The notes under the pieces were generated by a model. It had not been told where the DNA came from and made no database searches. It saw only the letters and a list, made by a program, of their open reading frames with translations. Made by a program: the position numbers and the translations under genes. Positions 1-11,783 of a stretch of DNA of 64,000 bases are shown one piece after another (the first letter of the stretch is position 1; every line of letters begins with the position of its first letter). Origin of the DNA: Zootoca vivipara (taxonomy: Eukaryota); NCBI RefSeq assembly GCF_963506605.1, contig NC_083288.1, forward strand, positions 29,636,001 through 29,700,000, written 5' to 3'.

Positions 1-1182
1 AATGGCCAGTCTCTACAAGTGCATGGACTGAACTGAGATAGGGCAAAAGAATACTCTTCAGATGGTTATATGGGCCATCTCTACAGGTGAGTCAGCCCAC
101 AGAATGTCAAATCCATACACTGATCCTACAGTTAAGACTCATGGTAACTGACGGGGTAATATTTAAAGGAGAAATTCTAGACCCCAATAGCTTCAGACTA
201 GTGCAGTGGTGTGCGGTCATTGGACTAAGGGGACTAGGCTAGTCCTCTAAATGTTCCCCTGGTGCCTCCTTCCCAAAGCCCAGGAAGCTTCTGCCAAGCT
301 TAGGGAAGGAGGTACGAGGCTCCAATGGGTCCAACATCTATCCTGCCATCTTCCCAAAGCCCATCTGGCTTTTGGAAGGAGACAGGAGGGCTCCAGCAGC
401 TTGGCAGAGCCCTACTACCACCTTCACATTGTGACCTAAGCTTCTGCCCAGCTGAGGGATGGAGGTGCAATGCTCACATGCCTGACATCAGGACATCACA
501 ACATCACACACATGATATTGACCCCTCCCAATGCCCTTTGGAAGTTAGTGCCTCTGGCCCTAGCTCTTCCCCTATGAGAAATTTCACCGCATGCCACTGG
601 AATAGTAGGCTCGATGAAAGCAAATTAAAAATTATAAAGGATTTGCTGAAAAATGCCTTTGACTCCAAACAAATGTTTATTTGGCATCACAAAATGACTG
701 GACCATGTAACTAGAAAAAGGAAAATCCCCTGCTAAGCTCTTCTTCAATAGAAAACTCAGGACCAGACTACAATGTGCAGAATACCTGAAATGTGACTTA
801 ACACAAGGCATTCAGTCTCAGATACAAAAGAAATGGAGACAAAAAATGTATGATGTCATAGAGTTATAAGCACAAATCCCATTACAACCAAAGGTGACCG
901 TCAAAATGCATGATGGTATCATATGGACACATAGGTTCTCTTAACAAAACAGTAACTTCCAGATCATATCAAATACAGGACTCAGTTTGTCAAGTATTCC
1001 AATGCAACAGAAAGGATCTACTTCAGATATCATAAAAGGGAGGAAAGAATGGCAGAAGTAGGAGGAACACAGTGATGGTGGGATAGTGAGCTAGTCATAT
1101 CTCACACCAGTATTTTAAATATTATATAGTAAGTTGTTTTGAAACAGGATGGTTTATTTACATACCTTGATTATTTGTGTTA

Positions 1183-1310
1183 GACCCATAGGGCAAAGTC
1201 TTTAAAAAACCACCATGGTTGTTTTGTGTTGGACTCCTGAGTCCAAGCTTCCAGGAACACAATTGCTAATTTGTTTGGGGCTCTTGAGAGCAAACTCCCA
1301 GGAACATAAA
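1183..1310 (+). promoter_or_regulatory. Putative OR proximal promoter module (clustered O/E-like sites plus TAATT homeodomain site)
   Basis: acccataggg, actcctgagt, gctaatttg, gctcttgaga and ctcccagga lie ~1.3 kb upstream of the ATG, followed by a conserved gtaag donor at 1508. Confidence 0.45.
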
Positions 1311-2535
1311 TAGAATGATAATAATAATTTCCCACCCAATGGTAAAAGCATCGTTCTGCAAGTGTATACAAACATTTTCACTGTCTCAGAAGAAAAGGAG
1401 GGAGAGATTTAGAAAGAAAATGTTCCATGAGTGGTTAGAAGAATACAGAACATCTTAAAGTGATGAAGAAATTGCATCTGGAAATCTATTTTCTATAAAG
1501 GAAAAGAGTAAGGTGTTTATATTTTTTTATAGCATTAGTGATACCTGGATAGCTTTTGGAGAGCAAAATGCAGACAATACTACTATATTATAGTCTATTG
1601 TGTAGAATGGGAAATTATCCTTGTTCTAGGTATCTCCAGAGGATTACAATTGCTTTGCTACTCCATGCTTTTTTGTACAGCCCTCAGAAGCTGCACCAGG
1701 TTTTGATAATCCAAACCAGGCCAGGACTAATGGTTAGCCTCTCTCATACCCAAACCTGAGCTGCAACCAAGAACAAAACTTCACTTCAGCTCCTAATGAG
1801 TGAGGAGAGGGCTTCAGCACTTCATTCGGTTTGGCTTGGCTTGGTTTATCATAGTGTGGCAGCAAAAAGATCTGGGAATCAGCAAAGCAGCTGTAAGCTT
1901 CTTTACAAGAGCTTATACATTTCTACATTCAGTTGGTACATACATATATGCACAGTGGACATTAAGATTAGAAACATACAACAAGAATTAAAACAGTGGA
2001 AACCTCTGTGCTCTCAGCTAGGAAGGAGTTGCAAAGCATCGGACCCAGAATACTGAATGCATGCCTCCTGGGAAGTAGGAGCTATGTGTCTGAGCCATGT
2101 GGAGCCACTACCAGTGACTCAGTCAAAGACCTCACTGATCAAACGGGGATACTGTATTAGGAATCAAGCTGTTAAGGTATCCTGGACCCAAGTTGTGATG
2201 GCCATTGCACTGGACATTAACAAACAAAAAGTGAATTTGAGTAGCATATATGAATAAAGTTCTATATTGTTTGGGTAAAGTTCTACACCAATCATTCCCA
2301 GAATATAAAATATTACTTAGCAGTAACTTATTTTAAGATAATGGTGTGTTATCTATGTGGAGGTGAAAGCTAAGTTTTCCTTTAGATGAAGATTTATTAT
2401 TACACTATTTTGTTCACTTCTTTTTTAAAAAATATGCATCCCACAAAAATCACATCCAAAGCAGTATTGGATAACAAATATTTGTTATCAGAAGAGGACT
2501 TAAACATATGCTTATCTTCCTGTTTTCTTCTAGTG

Positions 2536-3522
2536 ATGAATGCAAATATTGTCAATGAATCCTCTGTCTCTGAATTTCTACTCCTGGAGTTTTCAGCTGT
2601 ACGGGAGCTGCAGATTCTACACTTCTCTCTGTTCCTGGTATTGTACCTGGCAATTGTATTTGGGAATCTTCTCATCATCTCTGCTGTAGCCTTTGACCAC
2701 CACCTTCACACACCCATGTACTTCTTTCTGATGAACCTGGCCATACAGGACATAGGGGCTGTTTCAGTCACCATCCCCAAATCCATGGCCAATTCTCTCA
2801 TGAATATCAGACACATATCTTATGCTGGATGTGTTGCTCAAGTGCTTTCATTCTTTTTCTTTTTATCATCTGATGTCGCCCTTCTTACAGTCATGGCATA
2901 TGATCGCTATGTTGCCATTTGCAATCCCTTACAATATGAAATGGTGATGAACAGGGCAGCCTGCAAACAAATGGTTGCTGGCGTGTGGTTCACTGGCCTT
3001 CTGTATGCAATCATGCACACGAGTGCAACTTTTGCCACCCCTTTCTGCTCAAACATTGTCAACCAGTTTTTCTGTGAGATCCCACAGTTACTTACACTTG
3101 CTTGCTCAAACTTCTACCTAACGGAAATTGGAGCTATAGTGGTGAGTATAATACTTGTTTCTGGGTGTTTTGTCTTCATCGTTGTCACTTATGTACACAT
3201 CTTTACTGTGGTTTTGAACGTTCCATCTCTTCAGGGAAGGAAAAAGGCCTTCTCCACTTGCATACCTCACCTTGTTGTCTTCTCCCTATTTTGTTTCACA
3301 GGTTGTTTTGCTTACCTAAGGCCTCCTTCAAAAACTCCATCTGATGGTGACTTTGCAATAACTGTGATGTATACCATTGTACCACCCATGTTCAATCCAA
3401 TAATTTACAGCATGAGAAATAAGGAGATTAAAAGTGCTGTATCAAAGCTCTTGGGTGTGAAGCACTCTTCTATGAATATCTTTTCTAGGCTTTTCCTGAA
3501 AAGGTTCCATTTCTCTCTGTAG
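2536..3522 (+). CDS. Olfactory receptor, class II family-14-like, intact (OR1, type A, 328 aa)
   Basis: Motifs GNLLII, LHTPMYFFL, MAYDRYVAICNPL, FFCEIP, KAFSTC.PHL and [12 protein letters not shown]; N-terminal NES sequon. ATG 2536 follows a pyrimidine tract/TAG acceptor ending 2533, so the ORF-track start at 2386 is probably intronic. Confidence 0.95.
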   Translation: MNANIVNESSVSEFLLLEFSAVRELQILHFSLFLVLYLAIVFGNLLIISAVAFDHHLHTPMYFFLMNLAIQDIGAVSVTIPKSMANSLMNIRHISYAGCVAQVLSFFFFLSSDVALLTVMAYDRYVAICNPLQYEMVMNRAACKQMVAGVWFTGLLYAIMHTSATFATPFCSNIVNQFFCEIPQLLTLACSNFYLTEIGAIVVSIILVSGCFVFIVVTYVHIFTVVLNVPSLQGRKKAFSTCIPHLVVFSLFCFTGCFAYLRPPSKTPSDGDFAITVMYTIVPPMFNPIIYSMRNKEIKSAVSKLLGVKHSSMNIFSRLFLKRFHFSL

Positions 3523-3960
3523 GTATAAGTATAGCGATCTACGGAGATATCGCAACCAGTTCCAGCTTCTAGATAAATTTTGATATGCAGACTCAAAATC
3601 TGCCGGGTGTCACAATGACATCTTCTGTTCCTTCACCTTCAATGTACTATTAATAATTTTGCATGTCTGATCATACGGCTTGTAAATCATACATTTAGAG
3701 AGGGACTGTTTGTCATTTAGTGCATGCCTACACTTTCTCTAGTCCCACTGCTTTCATCAGGCAATCAGCTTTTCTGTGGATTGTCATTTCTTTGTATTTG
3801 AAACTAAAGAGTGGGTTTTCCTGGGAAATGGAGCAGTGAAAGAAGACCACTCACATCATTGGTTTCTAGCTATGGAAGAAGCAAAAGTGTGGATGAGCCT
3901 TTGTTTAGGCACCTGGGGTGAGAAAGACCTGTTCAGATTAGATTTAGGCATTAGCTTTAG

Positions 3961-4146
3961 GTCCATGGAGTTTTCTTGGCAGGGATACTGGAGTGGCTTG
4001 CCAGTTCCTTCTCCAGGTGGATCATGTTTAGTCAAAACTCTCCACTATGACCTGTCCATCTTGGGTGGCCCTGCATGGCATAGCTCATAGCTTCTCTGAG
4101 TTATTAAAGCCCCTTCGCCACGACAAGGCATTGATCCATGAAGGGG
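3961..4146 (-). mobile_element. RTE-BovB-like 5' region fragment
   Basis: Reverse complement reads atggatcaatgccttgtcgtggcgaagggg...ctggagaaggaactggcaagccactccagtatccctgccaagaaaactccatggac, recognisable as BovB/Bov-A sequence. Confidence 0.75.
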
Positions 4147-4324
4147 AAAGGTAGAGGTAAAAAGGACCCCTCACCATTAGGTCCAGTCGTGACTGACTCT
4201 GGGGTTGTGGCGCTCATTTCATGTTATTGGCCGAGGGAGCCGGCATACAGCTTCCGGGTCATGTAGCCAGCATGACAAAGCCGCTTCTGGCGAACTAGAG
4301 CAGCACATGGAAACGCCGTTTACC
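4147..4324 (-). mobile_element. Sauria SINE, 3' half
   Basis: Reverse complement of the 3' half of the SINE at 31063-31410. Confidence 0.9.
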
Positions 4325-4355
4325 CAATTTGCTTCCCACATTTGTGAGATCCCAA

Positions 4356-4807
4356 TTTGTGAGATCCCACAGTTACTTACACTTGCCTGCTCTAATTTAT
4401 ACCTTGCAGAAATTGGAGCTATAGTGGTGGGTATAATACTTGTGCTTGGATGTTTTGTCTTCATTGTTTTCACTTATGTGCACATCTTTACTGCGGTTCT
4501 GAAACTCCCTTCTGTTCAGGGAAGGAAAAAGGCCTTCTCCACTTGCATACCTCACCTTGTTGTCTTCTCCGTATTTTGTTTCACATCATGCTTTGCTTAC
4601 CTTAGGCCTCCCTCAAAAACTCCATCTGACCTGGACTTTGCATTAACTGTGATGTATACCATTGTACCACCCATGTTCAATCCAATAATTTACAGCATGA
4701 GGAATAAGGAGATTAAAAATGCTGTATCAAAACTCTTGGGTGTGAAGCACGCTTCTATGAATATCTTTTTCAGAATTATCATGAAAAGGTTACATTTCTC
4801 TTGGTAG
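4356..4807 (+). pseudogene. 5'-deleted olfactory receptor (OR2-psi; only CEIP/TM5-TM7 remain)
   Basis: OR homology starts abruptly at (tt)tgtgagatcccacag. The remainder and its 3' flank are nearly identical to the gene at 35655-36641. SINE sequence lies upstream. Confidence 0.92.
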
Positions 4808-6430
4808 GTCTAAGCATAAGGAACTGTGAAGATACCATGACCAGTTACAGCTTCTAGATAAATTTTGATATGCAGACTCAAAATCTGCCATGTGTCACAA
4901 AGACATCTTGTGTTCCTCCACCTTAGATGTACCATTAATAATTTTGCATCTCTGATCACAAATCATACATTTAGAGAGGGACTGTCCATCATTTAGTGCA
5001 TGTCTAACTCTTTCTCTTGTGCCACTGCTTTCATCAGGCAATCAGCTTTTTTGTTGATTGTCATTTCTTTTTATTTAAAGCTAAATAGTGGGTTTTCCTG
5101 GGGAATGGAGCAGGGAAAGGAGGAAACAAAACCATTCACACCCTTTGTTTCTAGCTATGGGAAAAGCAAAAGTGTGGATGAGCCCTTGTTTAGGAACTTC
5201 AGTTGAGAAGGACCTGTTCTGATTGGATTTAGGGATTACCTTTGGAGGGCAACCCATTTTGCCTCCATAAGGCTAAGGAAAACACCCTAGATGGGGCTGT
5301 GAGATTCTTGCTAGGCAGTGACACTAATACCCATTTTAGGTGAAAATAGTCTATCCTAAACTAGTTTTAAACAAGAGTGTTGACTGTGGTTTAAAAGTTC
5401 TTGCCTGAAACTATTGTGCCCCTCATAAGTAAAGTTTCTAAAATGAAGTGTTGTGTTTTAAGAGAGTGAATATTAATCTGGAATCCTCATTGAATGTAAA
5501 TATATAAAATTCTATCTTTGTTCCAGAAGTGTCTCCTCATTACTTTGAACCTTTGGTGGGAGATAATTGAACACAGGGCATACTTCACATAAGTAGAACA
5601 CCTGACTTTTCTACTTAAGAGATGTTTCCAGTGTTGACACTAGGGAGCATTGCATCTTTTAAAAACCCAGGAAATTGGTCATGTTACCCAACTCCCATCT
5701 TTAGTGAGGGAATGTGACACAGGGGCCACTGACACAATTTCTCAGAATCTTAAAAAGCAAAACAAAATCACATCCTTTCAAAAATATGACTGGAGTTTCA
5801 TGTATCCTAACATATTCTAAAGATTTGAACACAATATTCTGATTATGAACTGCATATAGTTGTCTCCAGAGAAGGCATGGGAACTGCTTTGATATAGGTT
5901 TTTTTGAAAAACAAACAAACAAACACCTGTTAATTTGTTAATTTATTCATTAGATTGTCAGTCACTATATTTTGCCCAGGGCAACCCAAGACAATATTGA
6001 TGCACGTTAAATCCCACATAGATATGGAAACTCTGGAGACAAGTGGTATATGCTACAAGGCCTCTCATCAACCCCAAAAGTAACCATACACAAATAGAAA
6101 AATAGCTGCTGGCCCTTGTATTTGAATGTCAAAAAAATCCACACATTTATATATGGGAGACCAGTATTAGCAGAAGCAAATCACAAATCCCTTGCCTGCA
6201 TTGCAAATGGTGGCTTCTAGGATGCCCTTCCAACTTTTTTTCACGTGGAACACTATGGTATTTCCTTAAAGTTATTATTATTATTTTACTATTTGTTGGA
6301 TTTAAATACCACCCTTCATCACAAGCTATCATGGCAGTTCACAAGATAAACACCTTGGTGAAATTTAGAGCACTGACCAAAACACAGGAAGGGGGGGAAT
6401 GGAGCGGGGAACACCTCACAGAACTCTCTG

Positions 6431-6702
6431 CAGTGGCGAAGGTGCACGCTCCAAAACCGGAGGTGGAGAGCAGGTGGGGGCATGGCTGGTGCACATTCTG
6501 GGGGCATGGCATGCTGCCCACAGGGGTGTGGCACACGCCCAGTAGCCATGGCATGCCACCCACGAGGGCGTGGCCACGTCCTGGGGGCCGGTTGCCCTGC
6601 GCAACGGGGGGTGCGTGGCATGTGTACAGGGGTGCGGCCACGATGGTCCCCCCCTCCCCAATGGTGCGGGGTCAGTGCACTCCCCCCTTTCCTCCGCCAG
6701 TG
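6431..6702. mobile_element. hAT-type MITE, GC-rich (copy 1)
   Basis: Imperfect TIRs cagtggcgaagg / cctccgccagtg; 8-bp TSD actctctg at 6423-6430 and 6703-6710. Confidence 0.85.
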
Positions 6703-6809
6703 ACTCTCTGTATCATGAAAATAAATAAAAGCATTATTTAAAAAGAATGAATGAATGAAACAAGTCTGAGAAAGTCAAGTTGAAACCAGAAGGTTCCAGA
6801 CAGACTTAT

Positions 6810-6810
<1 letters not shown>

Positions 6811-6862
<52 letters not shown>
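6811..6862. repeat. (ATT)n microsatellite
   Basis: Direct reading; short in the paralogs. Confidence 0.95.
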
Positions 6863-6947
6863 TTAAGCATTATATAGTGTGCTGTTTAGAAATGGGAAGG
6901 CTTTGTTTTGTTTTGTTTTCTACACATCTTAATTATTTGTATTAGAC

Positions 6948-7058
6948 TACTGGGGCCAAGTATTTAGAAACACTACTTTTATCTCCGGAGTCCAAGCTTC
7001 CAGAGACACAATGGCTAATTTGTGTTGGGCTCTTGAGACCAAACTCTGAGGAGTGCAT
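6948..7058 (+). promoter_or_regulatory. Putative promoter module, type B (also ~23540-23648, ~38995-39093, ~55175-55618)
   Basis: Same motif order: tctccggagt, ttccagag, gctaatttg, gctcttgaga. Confidence 0.4.
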
Positions 7059-7060
7059 AG

Positions 7061-7096
<36 letters not shown>

Positions 7097-8349
7097 TAAT
7101 TTTCCACTCCATGTTAAAAGCTCCATTCTGGAGGAGTAGACAGATATGTACTCTGCTACAGAAGAAAAGGAAGGGGTGGTTTCTTAAAATACAGATGAAA
7201 ATGAAGTAATGAAGAAATTGCATCTGGAAATCTACTTTCTATTAATGAAAAGTGTAAGATATTTATATTTTTATAACTTTAGTGATACCTGAGTAGTTTT
7301 CAGAGGACTAAACGCAGACAATACTTCTACCGGTATAGTGGATTGTGTAGAATGGGGAAATCTGCTTGTTGCGGTCTCTCCTGGAACTTATTGAGACTCA
7401 CATAGAATACCCAATGACCGGGTTTGCATGACATTATAAACCAAATTTTATCTTAGGAAGACTGCAGAAATGTTGAACCTCATGGAGAGAAGAGTAATGT
7501 AGCTTTGCTCCTCCATGATCCTTTTTGCGGTCAGCTCAAGCTTCACCATGTTTTGTTTTTTTTAAGCATGTCAGGCAAGCCAAGACTAGTGGTTAGCCTC
7601 TCTCCTCACCAACCATGGATTCAACCAAGAACAAACCTTCATTGCAGCTCCAAGTTAGCAAGGCGGGAGCTGAAACACATTGTCTTGGCTTAGCATAATG
7701 TGGCAGCAAAAAGATCTTGGGAAGAGCAAAGCAGCTGTGACCCTATACATTTTACACGAATAACAATGTGAATTGTACACCGTATGCATTAAGGTTACAA
7801 ACACATAACAAAGCTAAGACCCAAATTGTTATGGACATTGGAATTTAATAGAAGAAACTTGATTTTGAATTTGCATGATAAAGGCAGCAAGTTATCCCGC
7901 TATATTAAAGAGTTCCTTCAGTTTTGATACTGAATTACGATATCAAAATATGTTTTGTCAATATGGGGATTCTCCCAAGGTGCATCTGCCCTCTGCATAT
8001 TTCCACATACTAAGCAAGTATGCTAATGATGGCAGTGGGACTCCCGTTTTCCTCCTCTAGCAGTGGCAGCATTCGACTTCAAGAGCTTGTGAACAGCACA
8101 ACCTACTAGTTTTGAAACAGTGGTAGCTTATTTTAAAATAGTGATATATAATCTATATGGAGTTGAAAGCTAAGTTCTTATTTACATAAAGATTTATTGT
8201 TTCTCCTTTTTTGTTCACTTATTTCTTTTACCTTCAACATCCAACAAAACCTCTTCCAAAGTAGTACTGTAAATATTTGCTATCACAAGAGGACTTAAAC
8301 CAATATTTATCTTCCTGTTTCCTTCCAGAGGAAGGATTTTTTTTTAGTA

Positions 8350-9327
8350 ATGAAGGAGAGAATAAGTAATGAATCCTCTTTCTCTGAATTTCTGCTCCTG
8401 GAGTTCTCATCAATACGAGAACTGCAGATTCTACACTTCTTTATGTTCCTGTTATTGTACCTTTCAACTGTATTTGGGAATCTTCTCATCATCTCTGCCG
8501 TAGCTTTTGACCACCACCTTCACACTCCCATGTACTTCTTTCTGATGAACTTGGCCATCCAGGACCTGGGAGCAGTTTCCGTCACCATCCCCAAATCCAT
8601 CGTGAATTCTCTCATGAATACCAGAAGCATTTCTTACACTGGATGCGTTGCTCAAGTTCTTTTCCTTATTTTCTTCTTGGCATCTGATATTTCCCTTCTT
8701 ACAGTCATGGCATATGATCGCTATGTTGCCATCTGCAATCCCTTACAATATGAAATGGTGATGAACAGGACAGCCTGCAAACAAATGGTTGCTGGTGTGT
8801 GGGTTGCTGGAATTTTCAATGCAGTCATGCACACGAGTGCAACTTTTGCAACCCCTTTCTGCTCAAACATTGTCAATCAGTTTTTCTGTGAGATCCCAAA
8901 GATACTTCCACTTGCTTGCTCAAACCTATACCTATTGGAAATTGGAGCTTTAGTAGTGAGTGTAACAGTTGTGTCTTGGTGTTTTGTCTTCATTGTTGTC
9001 ACTTATGTTCATATCTTTACTGCAGTTCTGAAAATCCCTTCTGTTCAGGGAAGGAAAAAGGCCTTCTCCACTTGCATACCTCACCTTGTTGTCTTCTCCG
9101 TATTTTGTTTCACAGCATGGTTTGCTTACCTTCGGCCTCCCTCTAAAACTCCATCTGACCTGGACTTTGCACTAACTGTGATGTATAGTCTTGTACCACC
9201 CTTGTTCAATCCAATAATTTATAGCATGAGAAATAAGGAGATTAAAAATGCTTTATCAAAGCTGCTGGGTTTGAGGCAATCTTCTCTGGTTATATCTTCC
9301 AAGATTGTTCTGAAAAGGTATAATTAA
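8350..9327 (+). CDS. Olfactory receptor family-14-like, intact (OR3, type B, 325 aa)
   Basis: Complete 7TM ORF with all OR motifs; MKERISNES N-terminus; LGLRQSS..KRYN C-terminus. Confidence 0.95.
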   Translation: MKERISNESSFSEFLLLEFSSIRELQILHFFMFLLLYLSTVFGNLLIISAVAFDHHLHTPMYFFLMNLAIQDLGAVSVTIPKSIVNSLMNTRSISYTGCVAQVLFLIFFLASDISLLTVMAYDRYVAICNPLQYEMVMNRTACKQMVAGVWVAGIFNAVMHTSATFATPFCSNIVNQFFCEIPKILPLACSNLYLLEIGALVVSVTVVSWCFVFIVVTYVHIFTAVLKIPSVQGRKKAFSTCIPHLVVFSVFCFTAWFAYLRPPSKTPSDLDFALTVMYSLVPPLFNPIIYSMRNKEIKNALSKLLGLRQSSLVISSKIVLKRYN

Positions 9328-9693
9328 AGAGGTTTCCTGGAACAGAGCATCATTTCAAGTGAAATCTTCCTGATAGATTCATATATGCAAACTCAACATC
9401 TGCATTGTTTTAAATGGTCACCTTGCATTCCTTCAGCTGAACTCTATCTTTCACACTTTTCCTTGTCACATCCCATGGCATGTTGATAATACATTTACAT
9501 ATGTATGTTGACGTTTATACCCTATTGTTCACTTGCATGATTCTTAAAGTGGCTGAACACATCTCAGCAACCCTTAATCTTCTAAAATATGGATAGTAAC
9601 AGGTCATGTTTCCTTTCAGCTCTGATACCCTGCAGCATGTAAACATACAAAACTTTGCTGTCAAACAGAGTGGGATTGTATGTCAGCTAGATA

Positions 9694-9783
9694 CATAGCT
9701 GCCAAGTTCTCCCTTTTTTAAAGGGGAATTCCCTTATGCTGAATAGGCTTCCTCGCGAGAAAAGGGAAAACTTGGCAGCCATG
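9694..9783. mobile_element. 90-bp hAT-type MITE
   Basis: TIRs catagctgccaagtt / aacttggcagccatg; near-perfect 8-bp TSD gctagata / gctagaga. Confidence 0.8.
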
Positions 9784-10181
9784 GCTAGAGAGAGAAGGAC
9801 TTTTTCTGTTTGGGATTAGGAACTAGCTAAACATGGATGACCAATTTAATTCCTTGAAGGGGAATTATAAAGTTTAGGAGAAGTTGTAAGATAGTTGCTA
9901 GTGAAACAAATGCCCATTATAAATGGAAATAATCTATCCTGCAAAGAGGTTTGAAGAAAAGTGCTGACTGGGGTTTTAAAGTTCAGTGTAAAGAGTGTCT
10001 GCCTGAAACTACATATTGTGTCTTACATGAATAAGCATGAATAAAATGAAGTGTCGTGCCTTTGAAGACTATCCATTAAGTTGTAACCCACAATGAGTGT
10101 AAGTAAACAGATGTATCCAGTGTTGTTACTAAGGAGAGTTGTATCTTTTAAACACTGTGAAAATTGGTCATGCTATCCAGT

Positions 10182-10320
10182 CGCGTGTCAAGACCCTTTA
10201 AACCAACCCCCCGTTGGAATAAAGAACTTCAAACGGACACAGAATTTAAGTTTAAGGTTATTGGACAAATTTTGGCCACAACTCTATTGATTACAAATGT
10301 GAGCGGTATTGGCTAAAGAC
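10182..10320 (-). mobile_element. Terminal fragment of the aataaagttgtggcc repeat family (DIRS/Ngaro-like); paralog at about 45123-45270
   Basis: Reverse complement carries aat(a/g)aagttgtggcc and ends gacacgc, like the elements at 43150 and 61165; absent from the flank at 26761-26780. Confidence 0.5.
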
Positions 10321-11717
10321 TATATTTTTATAGGATTTTCCCCCAGGTGAAATCTATGGTATTTCCTTAGAGTTTACACCTGGTGAAAATTAGTTGTGGT
10401 TCATGCATTGCCCAGAGCTTTTAGTACAGTGGAGATAAGCAGTGAGACTGACTGTGAGGTGGTTTGTGTCAAATGATAGTTTAAAAATGGCCAGTCTCTA
10501 CAAGTGCATGGACTGAACTGAGATAGGGCCATCTCTACAGGTGGGTCAGCCCACAGAATGTTAAGCCCATACACTCATCCTACAGTTAAACTCATGGTAA
10601 CTGATGGCATAGTATTTAAAGGAGACATTGTAGTCCCAAAAAGCTTCAGACTAGTGCAGTGGTAAGCAGCCATTGGACTAAGGGGACTAGGCTAGTCCCC
10701 TAAATGTTCCCCTGGTGCCTCCTTCCCAAAGCCCAGGAAGCTTCTGCCCAGTTTAGGGATCAAGGCACGATGCTCACATGCCCGACATCAGGACGTCACA
10801 GCGTCACACACATAACATTGAACCCCACATGCCTTTGCAAGCCAGTGCCCCTGGCCCTAACTGATCCCCTATGAGAAATTTCACTGCCTGCCACTAGACT
10901 AGTGGGGTGGCAAAAAGCAAAATAAAAATCATAAAGAATTTGCTGTAAAAAGCCTTAGACTCAAAACTGAGCTTCATTTGGTATTAGAAAACGATTCGGT
11001 CACATAACTAGCTAAGCTCTTATTTAATAGAAAACTCAGGACTAGACTACAATGTGCAGAACACCCTAACTCTGATTTAACACAAGTCGTCCAGTATCAG
11101 ATACAAAAGAGATGTAGAAAAAATGTGTGACAGCACAGGGTTATAAGCACAAATCCCACTACAACCAAAGGTGACAATTAAAAAGGCATGATTGAATCAT
11201 ATGGACACACCCAGATCATATCAAATACAGACCTCAGATTGTCAAGAATAAAAATACAACAGAAAGCATCTACTTCAGATATCATAAAAGGGAGGAAAGA
11301 ATGGCAGAAGCAGGAGGAACACAGTGGGGGGGGACCACACTGAGCTAGTCATATCTCACACAAGTATTTTAAATGTTATATAGTAAGTTGTTTTGAAACA
11401 GAATGGTTTATTTACATACCTTGATTATTTGTGTTACACACCTGGGACAAAGTCTTTAAAAAAGACCATTGTTGTTTTGTGTGGGATTCCTGAGTTTTGT
11501 AAGGAGAATTACATTAATCATTCCAAAAAAGGCCAAAAAGGAATTTATTTACGATTTGGATTTTATAGCAATAACTATTCAAATAAAATGCAGCATCAGA
11601 AAGAAAGTTAGAAAACAATTAGTCGAGGCTGACAGAAGTCCTAGGCTGTGATAGCCAAAGGTTTGTTATATTGTATAAAATGGGATGTTATATTTCGGAA
11701 ACATGTGCAAAACCCAT

Positions 11718-11723
<6 letters not shown>

Positions 11724-11779
<56 letters not shown>
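11724..11779. repeat. (GA)n microsatellite
   Basis: Direct reading; other GA tracts at ~34494, ~39962 and ~56521. Confidence 0.95.

Positions 11780-11783
<4 letters not shown>

Noticed and set aside
251-714. Short ORFs recurring at 31463, 31682 and 63430, and antisense MMRRFPNT ORFs
   Set aside because: Recurrence is explained by recent duplication or by the OR antisense frame; frames break between copies.
735-1110. Repeated intergenic module as a decayed antisense OR (LTVTFGCNGICAYNP)
   Set aside because: Only a faint TM6 resemblance, no other OR motifs and many stops; a tBLASTn/HMM search would settle it.
2386-2535. N-terminal extensions in the ORF track (also 15843, 35568, 41852, 51604)
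   Set aside because: They cross the pyrimidine tract/AG acceptor, mostly start at TTG, and are not conserved in length; probably intron.
6319-6741. Overlapping 70-170 aa ORFs over GC-rich blocks (also 22414, 38405, 54579)
   Set aside because: These are stop-poor MITE sequence bounded by TIRs and an 8-bp TSD.
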